DNA of 64,000 bases, from the IMG/VR virus record IMGVR_UViG_3300050015_000702; one strand, given 5' to 3'. Shown here piece by piece: positions 31,144 through 39,477 of this stretch (position 1 is its first letter; the number at the start of each line of letters is the position of its first letter). The stretch is from a virus. The notes beneath the pieces are model-generated. The model worked only from the letters and a program-made list of their open reading frames with translations, made no database searches and was not told the origin of the DNA. Both the position numbers and the translations under genes were made by a program.

Positions 31144-31793
31144 TGGATTGTTTTTATTTTATTACGTTCTAGAGCTTTTTTTCGAATAGCTTCTTTGGAT
31201 TCTTCGGAATGATGTCTATTAATCCACGGATGGGAAGTATCCACCCATCTTTGTTTCATTTTTTCTGGATCCTGGGTTTTGCCAAACATACTATTTTTGT
31301 CTCCAGTCATTTGTTGTCCATTCAAAGAAATAATTTTTCTAACTTCCTTTGTTTTTTCCGAATCGGAGGACCAAAATGCTAATAAGGAGTTGCTGATTCT
31401 ATCTTTTTTTTCTTGAGCCATTTTTTCTCCTTTATTAGTTGGGCTTTTTCCTAATCTAGCATTTCTCATTTTCATTTTGGTTTCTTCAGAGCAACATCCG
31501 ATAACACCGATTCCCCCTTTGGGGCTTAGATTATATCCATTAGGAGCTAGAGTATTAAATTGTATAATATATTTTTCTTGAGCCTCATATGCTTCTTTTC
31601 TTGTTGGAAACCACTCTAAAATTTCCTTGAAAAAATTTTGAACTCCATATTTTTTTCGAGAAAAACAAAAATATTTGCCGCTTCCGATATAATATCTTTT
31701 TTCTTTCGGATTTATCATGTGATCACCGACATACTGTTTACCATTAATTAAATTAGTGGTTAAATAAACATAATATTTCATATTTGTTTCCAT
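31128..31793 (-). CDS. GIY-YIG homing endonuclease inserted between gp25 and gp6
   Basis: YVYLTTNLINGKQYVGDH...YYIGSG...GYNLSPKGG; close paralogue of 3546..4220. Confidence 0.9.
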   Translation of the reverse strand: METNMKYYVYLTTNLINGKQYVGDHMINPKEKRYYIGSGKYFCFSRKKYGVQNFFKEILEWFPTRKEAYEAQEKYIIQFNTLAPNGYNLSPKGGIGVIGCCSEETKMKMRNARLGKSPTNKGEKMAQEKKDRISNSLLAFWSSDSEKTKEVRKIISLNGQQMTGDKNSMFGKTQDPEKMKQRWVDTSHPWINRHHSEESKEAIRKKALERNKIKTIQWQTS

Positions 31794-31795
31794 AA

Positions 31796-32158
31796 TTAAC
31801 GAACGAGCACCCCAATTACTTTTTGGTCGTCAATGTAAATATCAATGACACAATAGTCGAATCCATCCGCATGACCAAAGGATACGGTAGGTTTAATTTT
31901 ATATTGACTTGCTTCTGCAATATATTGGGTAATCTGTTTGGAAATTTTTTCTTCAAGATCAATATTGTTGATCCTTGTTTCAAAAATCATATCCTCAATT
32001 CCTACACCAAAGTTTAAGTCGCCAAGAACTTGACCCTGAGTAGTTCCTAGAATCATTCTTATCTTTGCAATAATGCTTTCAATAGGATCAGAATGCGAAT
32101 AAATTCCATAAATAAAATTCGGATCTCGTGGGCTTCTAATGTAAATGTCCTGAATCAT
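31796..32158 (-). CDS. baseplate wedge protein, T4 gp25-like
   Basis: IRMILGTTQGQVLGDLNFGVGIEDMIFE is the gp25/GPW pattern. Confidence 0.85.
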   Translation of the reverse strand: MIQDIYIRSPRDPNFIYGIYSHSDPIESIIAKIRMILGTTQGQVLGDLNFGVGIEDMIFETRINNIDLEEKISKQITQYIAEASQYKIKPTVSFGHADGFDYCVIDIYIDDQKVIGVLVR

Positions 32159-32163
32159 TCGAC

Positions 32164-32222
32164 TTTTATTTTATATATCTCTGTTTAAATGGAACCTCCC
32201 CCAAAAAGATATATAAAGAAAA
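32164..32222. promoter_or_regulatory. divergent late-promoter-like pair
   Basis: Minus GATATATAAAATAAAA at 32164-32179 (to gp25) and plus GATATATAAAGAAAA at 32208-32222 (to the lysozyme). Confidence 0.6.
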
Positions 32223-32230
32223 CCCATGGC

Positions 32231-33028
32231 ATGCTAGTAAACGAATCTGTGTATTCCTTCCTAAATGAAGAATTTATAGCTCAGGAAACACTCAATGAAA
32301 AATTCGACATCAATACCATCAAGGATAAAGCTAAAAAAATTGCTATCCTTGCCACAATGTTTTTGATGACAGCCAGTAATAAGGGATTTAAAGACCTTCC
32401 TTCAAAGAAGGAACTCATGAATAATCCAACATTTGGGGTTCTTGCTAGCCAAAGAATTCTTACACCTAAAGAAATACAGCAAAAATTTGAAAATCTTTTT
32501 GATCTTTATTTTGAAGATGGTCCAAAAATAAATTATGATATTTTGCAGGATCCAATGACTTTAAAAACAAGTCCGGAAGGAATGGTTTTCATTAAAGACC
32601 ATGAAAAACTTAGATTAGATGCTTATACGATTGGGGATGGGATGATTACAGTAGGATGGGGTCATGCAGAACCTCAAGAATCATCTCAATGGAAAGAAGG
32701 TCAAACAATTTCTGAAGCACAAGCTGCAAAATTATTCGGAGAAGATATAAAAACTATTGAAATTGGAATTAGGGATCTATTCAGACTATGGAAGAGCAGA
32801 GGATTAGATATAAAAATATCTCAGAATATGTGGGATTCTATGGTTTCCATGGCATTTAATATGGGGGTAGACGGTCTAAGGGGATCTGAAATGATTTTAT
32901 CTTTACGAGATAAAGATTATTTGCAGGCTGCGGATAGCATTTTAACTGCTAATGTAGATCCTAAGTTTCCGGGATTAGAACCCAGAAGAGAAGAAGAAAG
33001 AGAATTATTTTTAAAGGGTCTTATTTAA
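32231..33028 (+). CDS. GH24 phage lysozyme with an N-terminal extension
   Basis: IKDHEKLRLDAYTIGDGMITVGWGH, SMAFNMG, GLEPRREEERELF; start moved to ATG 32231 (MLVNES) because the promoter motif lies inside the longer ORF. Confidence 0.85.
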   Translation: MLVNESVYSFLNEEFIAQETLNEKFDINTIKDKAKKIAILATMFLMTASNKGFKDLPSKKELMNNPTFGVLASQRILTPKEIQQKFENLFDLYFEDGPKINYDILQDPMTLKTSPEGMVFIKDHEKLRLDAYTIGDGMITVGWGHAEPQESSQWKEGQTISEAQAAKLFGEDIKTIEIGIRDLFRLWKSRGLDIKISQNMWDSMVSMAFNMGVDGLRGSEMILSLRDKDYLQAADSILTANVDPKFPGLEPRREEERELFLKGLI

Positions 33029-33524
33029 TTTCCTTTTTATAATATTTCATGAGCATATTTTTGGTTTCTTTATTCTTAGCATTTGAAACAAAGACTCCAA
33101 AATTTGTAGCTCTCATAGCTCTTTTGCCATCACTATCGTGAACACTTATATTTCTTGTTGAAAATTCACCTTTTAACTCAGAAGTCCCCTGATCAAGTTT
33201 AAGTATTTCTTCTCTAAAAAGATTGGGAATTGTAAGAACTGCTTTAACTGCTTGCATATTCCCATCCTGTATAGAAATCCAAAGCAATTCGTTATTGTTA
33301 TCAGAAGCATCTATTATATCTCCATTGACCCACTTCTTTCCATTCATGCCAACAATATATGGAAATACGAAGTCTTTCTTCTTTTTTAAAGCCCATTCCC
33401 ATACTTGATAAAAGTTTTCATAATCAAACACACTATCCTCAGCTTCCATCATTGTTTTAATCTTGGGCCCAAGACCAATCCCCAGTGCTTGTTTGGGGTC
33501 CATATCCCTTTGAAAGTGATTCAT
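33021..33524 (-). CDS. FER-tag protein lacking the Glu leader, with an ankyrin-like repeat
   Basis: MNHFQRDMDPKQALGIG; NNELLWISIQDGNMQAVKAVL. Confidence 0.65.
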   Translation of the reverse strand: MNHFQRDMDPKQALGIGLGPKIKTMMEAEDSVFDYENFYQVWEWALKKKKDFVFPYIVGMNGKKWVNGDIIDASDNNNELLWISIQDGNMQAVKAVLTIPNLFREEILKLDQGTSELKGEFSTRNISVHDSDGKRAMRATNFGVFVSNAKNKETKNMLMKYYKKEIK

Positions 33525-33528
33525 ACAG

Positions 33529-33536
33529 CAAATGTA
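33529..33536 (-). promoter_or_regulatory. Bacteroidota-type -7 element TACATTTG
   Basis: Matches TAnnTTTG, 4 nt upstream of ATG 33524; no perfect -33 TTTG at canonical spacing. Confidence 0.4.
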
Positions 33537-33575
33537 CAAAATACTTCCCAAGTAAAAAAATGTTTTGCAAATTAT

Positions 33576-34814
33576 TTATGCTCCAGAACCTTTGGATTTG
33601 AATTCTTCATATTCGGTGGCATTAAGAGTTCCCCTGGCGACAACTCTTACTTGTTCGAGAACCCACTCAAATTGCGAATTTACCTTTTTGGCTTTTAATA
33701 AGTAAGGTTCGAATAATTTTAAAATTTTGGCTCTGCCTTCGGGGTCTTGTTTAGGTTTCGGAAGAGTATATGACTCCCCAATACCAAATTTATCCTTTCC
33801 CCATATTCTTTGAAGGGTAATAAAGTCATAATCGTTAAAAGCGTCAACATCTTCCCATCCACCTGTATTTCCGGTTATTACTCCAACAGATTTAAGAGCA
33901 TTGATTATTGTTTGATGAATTGGTCCTTCCTGAGAGAAAGCAAGATATAAATCTCCATTGTTCATCACAACTCCTCTAACCCCTTTATCAAATCCTTCTA
34001 GGGTCTTAGGATTTTTATAAATTGGAACGTTTTTAACCTTTGTAATCGGTTTACCATATTTTTGAATAAAGTATTGTTTATCAAATTCTTCGTCTGGATC
34101 AGCTATTCCAAAATGCTGGGTCATATACTTATCTGCCACCCCTTCACTAGTAAGAGAAGCCATATTCCAAGCTCTCCTTTCCTGATATTTAGGATGTGTT
34201 GAACCCCATCCCTGGGGTACTTTCTTTTTCTTTAACATTGGAGATTTGGCATGTTCTTTACCCAATTCTTCTTCTGATCTGGTTCCCCCAAATTGATAAT
34301 CTTTAATTGGTATAAGTTTAGATTGAAATTGACCCTGATGTCTCCAAGGGCCGGAAAGCATAATACCATTATCATCTGTAACAATATCCGAATTGCCCGG
34401 TATAATTTCAACTTGCCATTCTGGATCATTTATAATTCGGTAATCATCATTTGGGTAATAATACTTGAGTTCATCGCCCATTTTCTTAACCATATCAAAG
34501 AATTCTTCTTTGTCAGGATATTCCCAGAAACTCATAATTTTATGATAAAACCATAGTCGGCCCGGAAACATGCCATCTTTTCTAGATACTCCATAAGGGT
34601 GTGTAGATTTTGCAGGACCAAATTGAAATTTTCCTTCTCCGTCTATCCAAAATGGATGAGCATCTTCGCTTTCATAGTCCAATTCAAAATTATCCCCCTC
34701 AACATCTTTGCCAGCATCAGAAGGATAACCATCTGGGTCATACTTTCCATTAAGAGATAGCCAGTCTGGACTCTCAAATAATTGGTCTAGCGATTCGCAA
34801 ACTAGTTTTTTCAT
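33576..34814 (-). CDS. hypothetical protein with a KLVCESL leader
   Basis: MKKLVCESLDQLFESPD; possible internal boundary at LTSEGVADKY. Confidence 0.75.
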   Translation of the reverse strand: MKKLVCESLDQLFESPDWLSLNGKYDPDGYPSDAGKDVEGDNFELDYESEDAHPFWIDGEGKFQFGPAKSTHPYGVSRKDGMFPGRLWFYHKIMSFWEYPDKEEFFDMVKKMGDELKYYYPNDDYRIINDPEWQVEIIPGNSDIVTDDNGIMLSGPWRHQGQFQSKLIPIKDYQFGGTRSEEELGKEHAKSPMLKKKKVPQGWGSTHPKYQERRAWNMASLTSEGVADKYMTQHFGIADPDEEFDKQYFIQKYGKPITKVKNVPIYKNPKTLEGFDKGVRGVVMNNGDLYLAFSQEGPIHQTIINALKSVGVITGNTGGWEDVDAFNDYDFITLQRIWGKDKFGIGESYTLPKPKQDPEGRAKILKLFEPYLLKAKKVNSQFEWVLEQVRVVARGTLNATEYEEFKSKGSGA

Positions 34815-35776
34815 TATTCTATATCTCCCATAGCATTGTACAATGCATCATTTATAACATCTGGTTCCCAGTCTCCCATCCATGCACTACCAGAAGGCAC
34901 AGTCCATTTTATTTTTTCATCACCAGTAGCAATACAATATGATAGAAGTTTTAATCCTTTTTTAGAAATTTCTCCTACGAGAATTTCTTTCTCATTATAT
35001 TCAGGTTTTTGAGTAAAATCAAAATGTTTCATAATAGCACTTTGAAGACTTTTTAGACATGCATCTTCATCTGCTACTGACTGTGTTTCTGAAAATGCTC
35101 GCTGAACAGCTTCTTTTAAAGTTTCCAGCTCTTCATTATCATTTATCTAGTTTAATAAATCGTCTAAGCTCGTAACATTTTCTGGGGATGCCCCCATTTC
35201 TATAGCAGTTGTCTTTAAATCTTCAAGAGCTGGGACATTTCCTTTTTCTACGGTTTTGCTTAAATACCAGCCGGATTGAGTAATATCTTCATACTCTTCC
35301 ATATCTCTTTCAAAATGTTCGTAAGAATCTTCCCCGCATAAAACATCTCCTATAAATTCTAAACTAACATCTCTACTCTGCGAATCAAAAAGATCTCTGA
35401 AATCAAGCCAAGCACCAAAATGAAGATAATATTTGTCCCCTTCTACTGTATAGCCAAAATCATTACCCATAATAGGAAGGTAAGGAATCCATTCGATATT
35501 ATTTTGCTTCAAGACATAATAAAGATTTTCATCAGCCTCTGTAGCATATTTTTTAGGCATGGTAATTAGAAATTGAGCCCACTTTTTACGAGTCTCTGTA
35601 TCTAATTCTAAATTTGAATTATCCAAAATATCATAAACCCAGGATCCCGGCTGTTCACCAGAATGTTCCTCCATAAACTCATTAATGGTTGCTTCAAGGC
35701 CAATTCCAAGAGTTTCTTTACTCATAGGTCCCCGTTCAAAATTTTGAACCTCTAATATTGATTCAGGAACTAGCAT
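34814..35776 (-). pseudogene. FER-tag protein interrupted by one in-frame TAG (35149-35147): nonsense allele or read-through
   Basis: MLVPESILEVQNFERGPMSKETLGIG...DDLLN*INDNEELETLKEAVQRAF...; 38 sense codons join the TAG in frame to the 34814..35032 ORF. Confidence 0.75.
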
Positions 35777-36219
35777 ATAATCATTTCTCCAACCTGACAA
35801 AGTTTTTGTATTTGTTCTTTAGTAAATTTGGTAGTATTTCTTTTGATGAAAAAGTTTCCATCAACACGTTTTGGACAGCCTTCCAGATCCTCGATTTTAT
35901 TACCATCAACCATAAAATCCCCATGAATAAAATACGGGCATCCTTTCATAGTTTTAAGATATTGGTCTCTGATTAAAAAATCTCCAAAACATTCATTGAA
36001 CTGAATAAATTCAGGTAACTCATACATAATGTTTGAACTCTTTGGCATAATAAAATCTCTTTTAAGATCCACAGTCCAGTCTGAATTGATTGTGTAAGAT
36101 ACAGAAGGGAGATGCTGTCTTAACCATGCATCCAATTCTTTTTTCTTACCCAATTTCAAAACATCAGAGGGGTTTTGGCCCCTCTGAAATTCCAATATTC
36201 TTTCTCGAACAATATTCAT
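35770..36219 (-). CDS. FER-tag protein with a short LRR-like domain
   Basis: MNIVRERILEFQRGQNPSDVLKLG; ELPEFIQFN..LKTMKGCP..IEDLEGCP. Confidence 0.8.
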   Translation of the reverse strand: MNIVRERILEFQRGQNPSDVLKLGKKKELDAWLRQHLPSVSYTINSDWTVDLKRDFIMPKSSNIMYELPEFIQFNECFGDFLIRDQYLKTMKGCPYFIHGDFMVDGNKIEDLEGCPKRVDGNFFIKRNTTKFTKEQIQKLCQVGEMIIC

Positions 36220-36235
36220 TTATCTAGATTATTTT

Positions 36236-37792
36236 CTAGAAGATCTCTTTGTACTTAGCGATAAATGCGTCGATACCTTTTTTGAATTTGTCTCTTCCCT
36301 CAACTTCACCTAACTCTTCGTGAATGTATGGGTGAATTTCGATCATCATCTTTAAACCACGGGTTGCAAGTGAAGCATTATCAAGTCTGATTAGGTACTC
36401 AACATAGTTTTCAAATTCCTTGGGAGTTAGGTCTCTTCCTCTTGTTGCTGTACAAACTAATGAAATAAGAGCATTTGCTTCTGACTGATCATATCCTGAA
36501 CCAGCTTTCTTAGGCATACGTGCTTTTCCTGGGTTAGTTAAAACTTCCTGTATGTCTTCTTTCTTAAATGTTTCAAGGAGTTTTAAGAATGTTGCAAATT
36601 CAGTTGCAATATCAACACCAACATCAGAACCAACTACGCCTGTAATATCTTTAATTGTAGGTCTGTAACCTTCATCTTTCGCATCTTGCATTAAAGCTGC
36701 AATGTTCTTTGAAGCTGCTTCCCATGAACGTGGGGATGCAAAGATACTCTTTTCTGGATCATCATCAAGTGTATAGAAATATTCCTGGTTGAATTCTAGG
36801 AAGTCAAGGATACGTGGGTCAACTTTATCAATAGCCCATTCTTTCCAACCTTTGAAATCAGGTATGTAGTTAACCTGGGAGAATCTGTTACCAAGAGCGG
36901 TAGAGAAGTTCTGAACACCTTCTGGATCGTCACCGGCTCTGTTAGAAGCTGATACGATTGCCCATTTGTCTCCAAGTTGTGCATCCCCAATAATTCTTTC
37001 ATCGATAAGTTTTAAACAAGTATTCTGAACTGAACCAGATGCTCTTGAGAGCTCATCTAAGAATAAGATTCCACCTGCACCAGCATTACATATTTCATTT
37101 CTACGTTTGTTTTCTTCTGGGTCATTGCTTTTTATAAAAACAGGTAACCAAGCTTTAGGAATATCTCTTGCTTTAATTTCTTCTGCAACAACGTAAGTTG
37201 CTGGTAATGACCAGTCATCTGGAGCCATTTTAGAGGTCTGAACATCAATTAGTCTCCCCTTTGAATTAGCTGATAGAACTGCCTTAACAATAGCGGTTTT
37301 ACCAATACCAGGTGCTCCCCAAATCATAAGAGGTTTAGAGGTTGGGTTTTTGATAGCCATTCTAATTCTTCTATAAAGATCTTTCTTGTCAACATTAAGA
37401 ACGTTCTTATCGGGGTGATCTAGAGTTATTCGAGCTTCATTAAGATTTTCATTAGTTTTATTAGTCTTATTGCCCGAATCCTCCCCACCTCTTTTTGACA
37501 TAATCTGTGCTTCAGTAAGAGAACTTAGTCCTGGTTCAAGATCTTTATCGGCTTGAGAAGGAAGATAGGAAACACCTTTATATAAGGATCCTGCCTTGGT
37601 TAAAATACCAACGTTTACCGGAGCTATAGCTTCTGTAACGGGTTTACCATTAAACATAAAGAAAAAGAACTTACCAAGTTTCTGGAAGAATTTCTTTACA
37701 GCTCCTATTGCTTTGCTAAATATAGCTTCGTTTAGATCCCCTTTTTTGATTTGATAATCTTGTAGGGTTTCGCATACTAATTGTTTCTTCAT
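36236..37792 (-). CDS. MoxR-like AAA+ ATPase with an N-terminal extension
   Basis: Walker A GAPGIGKT, Walker B ILFLDE, SASNR, ALGNRF, SPRSWE. Confidence 0.9.
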   Translation of the reverse strand: MKKQLVCETLQDYQIKKGDLNEAIFSKAIGAVKKFFQKLGKFFFFMFNGKPVTEAIAPVNVGILTKAGSLYKGVSYLPSQADKDLEPGLSSLTEAQIMSKRGGEDSGNKTNKTNENLNEARITLDHPDKNVLNVDKKDLYRRIRMAIKNPTSKPLMIWGAPGIGKTAIVKAVLSANSKGRLIDVQTSKMAPDDWSLPATYVVAEEIKARDIPKAWLPVFIKSNDPEENKRRNEICNAGAGGILFLDELSRASGSVQNTCLKLIDERIIGDAQLGDKWAIVSASNRAGDDPEGVQNFSTALGNRFSQVNYIPDFKGWKEWAIDKVDPRILDFLEFNQEYFYTLDDDPEKSIFASPRSWEAASKNIAALMQDAKDEGYRPTIKDITGVVGSDVGVDIATEFATFLKLLETFKKEDIQEVLTNPGKARMPKKAGSGYDQSEANALISLVCTATRGRDLTPKEFENYVEYLIRLDNASLATRGLKMMIEIHPYIHEELGEVEGRDKFKKGIDAFIAKYKEIF

Positions 37793-37800
37793 CGTTGTCG

Positions 37801-37818
37801 TTATTTTTTATATTTATC
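37801..37818 (-). promoter_or_regulatory. late-promoter-like motif GATAAATATAAAAAATAA
   Basis: 8 nt upstream of the ATPase ATG. Confidence 0.45.
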
Positions 37819-38536
37819 ATTTGTTTTCATCTATTGATTTCTGAATTGATGCTCTTCTTGCCGAACTTATTTCTGTTCTTGGATTATTAAGAAGTAATTC
37901 GACCATTGGAATCCAGTTTGGGGCTTTAACCCCTACTTTATTCAATTTAGATACTGCACCTATTAAAGCTTGCGATGGGTTAACTCTAGGATCTTTTAAA
38001 AGTTCTTGAACGATTGCAAGATTATTTTCCAAAGCAGCTATTTTAATAATGTAATTAGGTACCTGCGTTTCATTAAACTGATTGTCTAATACCATTTTAG
38101 AATCGGCTGGATTAACTCTTGAGTCAGCTAATAAAACTTTAACAGCTTCTAAGTGATTTTTTTCGACGGCATTAGCTAAAGCTATGTTATGATGATCAGC
38201 TGGGTTAACTCTTGGATCCGATAAAAGTATTTGAATTATTTCAGCATTTCCTTCTTTAGAAGCAATATCTAAAAAATGATTTCTTCTTGCTGATGGATCC
38301 ACAGAAGGATCAGTAACTAAAAGTTTAACAATATCAGGTCTGCCAGCTTTGATAGCAGATTCCAATATCCAGGGCTTGTCTTCCATGGTTAGTTTCTTCG
38401 AAAAAGTATTCATTGTAGATTTTTTATTGTATTCTTCAATAAAATCTCCAATCAATTTTTCTCGACCAATTCCCATGGCAGCTTTAGGATCGCCACCACG
38501 AACAAAATGAGCAATATTTTCTTCTACTAGTTTCAT
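37817..38536 (-). CDS. FER-tag ankyrin-repeat protein
   Basis: MKLVEENIAHFVRGGDPKAAMGIG; repeats A..G..EI+..LL.DPRVNP. Confidence 0.85.
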   Translation of the reverse strand: MKLVEENIAHFVRGGDPKAAMGIGREKLIGDFIEEYNKKSTMNTFSKKLTMEDKPWILESAIKAGRPDIVKLLVTDPSVDPSARRNHFLDIASKEGNAEIIQILLSDPRVNPADHHNIALANAVEKNHLEAVKVLLADSRVNPADSKMVLDNQFNETQVPNYIIKIAALENNLAIVQELLKDPRVNPSQALIGAVSKLNKVGVKAPNWIPMVELLLNNPRTEISSARRASIQKSIDENK

Positions 38537-39477
38537 ACTTGACCAGATCTCCTTAGTTCATCGAATCTTTTTATATCAACGGGTTTCATATAATTTATTT
38601 TATCTCTTACCCTTTGATCTCTTACTAAAACTTTGCAAACTTCGATATGATGATTTGCTACTGCTTGAGCCAAAGCCCAATTATTTCTATATGATGGATC
38701 CACTCGTTTGTCTTTCATAAGAAGTTCTACAACTAAAGGAAATCCTTCTTTTGCAGCCTGTCTTACACAATATTGACGTTCATCATTTTTATATCGTTTA
38801 CCATCTATAGTAGTATCTGCTGGGTCCACTTCAGGATGGGTTAAAAGTAATCTTACTAATTCAAGCTGGCCTCTTCTAGAAGCTTGTTGAATAGCTTCAT
38901 TTGATCTTGTGTTTGCATTTGTACATCCATTCTCTAAAGCCCATTTTTGTAGTTTTGGAGAACCATACTCTGTGGATAAAACCATGCATCTATTAACTGT
39001 GAGCTGCTCTTTTGCTTTTTCAACTAAGGTATCTTCATCCATTTGACGCAATTCTATCCAAGTGTGTTCATTAATCCAAGTCTTTGGAGCATTCCATATT
39101 TCATCCATTCTATTAAATGTGAAAAATACTCTAACCCACCCGGCAGCATTGTGTTCTAATTTATTGGGATTCATTGAGGGGACTTTGTCCATGATTTTAG
39201 TCATCAAATCATACTTGACTGAATCTTTTGGAGTATTTCCATATTCATAAATGAATTTCCTCGTATCAATGATATACATCTTGTCTTGAGTAACTTCACC
39301 CATATTTGTTGGAAACATCGAAAAATCCCCCTTCTTTACCAATGAATCATATGCTATCTCTTTCAGCAGTTCCTGAAATACTGCAATTCTTCCAACTCCA
39401 ATTTGTTCAACTGGTGTTCCCTCACGAGTAAACCCCTGAGCTTCATTAAACCCTATCAAACTTTCCCTAACGATCAT
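38533..39477 (-). CDS. FER-tag ankyrin-repeat protein
   Basis: MIVRES...FNEAQGFTREGTPVEQIGVG; ASRRGQLELVRLLL, AAKEGFPLVVELLMKDKRVDP. Confidence 0.85.
   Translation of the reverse strand: MIVRESLIGFNEAQGFTREGTPVEQIGVGRIAVFQELLKEIAYDSLVKKGDFSMFPTNMGEVTQDKMYIIDTRKFIYEYGNTPKDSVKYDLMTKIMDKVPSMNPNKLEHNAAGWVRVFFTFNRMDEIWNAPKTWINEHTWIELRQMDEDTLVEKAKEQLTVNRCMVLSTEYGSPKLQKWALENGCTNANTRSNEAIQQASRRGQLELVRLLLTHPEVDPADTTIDGKRYKNDERQYCVRQAAKEGFPLVVELLMKDKRVDPSYRNNWALAQAVANHHIEVCKVLVRDQRVRDKINYMKPVDIKRFDELRRSGQV

Noticed and set aside
5305-32158. Bacterial contractile injection system (T6SS, eCIS or tailocin)
   Set aside because: The neck protein, homing endonucleases, T4-like late motif and lack of cellular genes fit a lytic phage genome
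32189-32230. Longer starts given by the ORF track (32189, 43517, 33551, 25277, 35800)
   Set aside because: The extensions run through promoter-like motifs or upstream genes; downstream ATGs give coupled or leader-bearing starts
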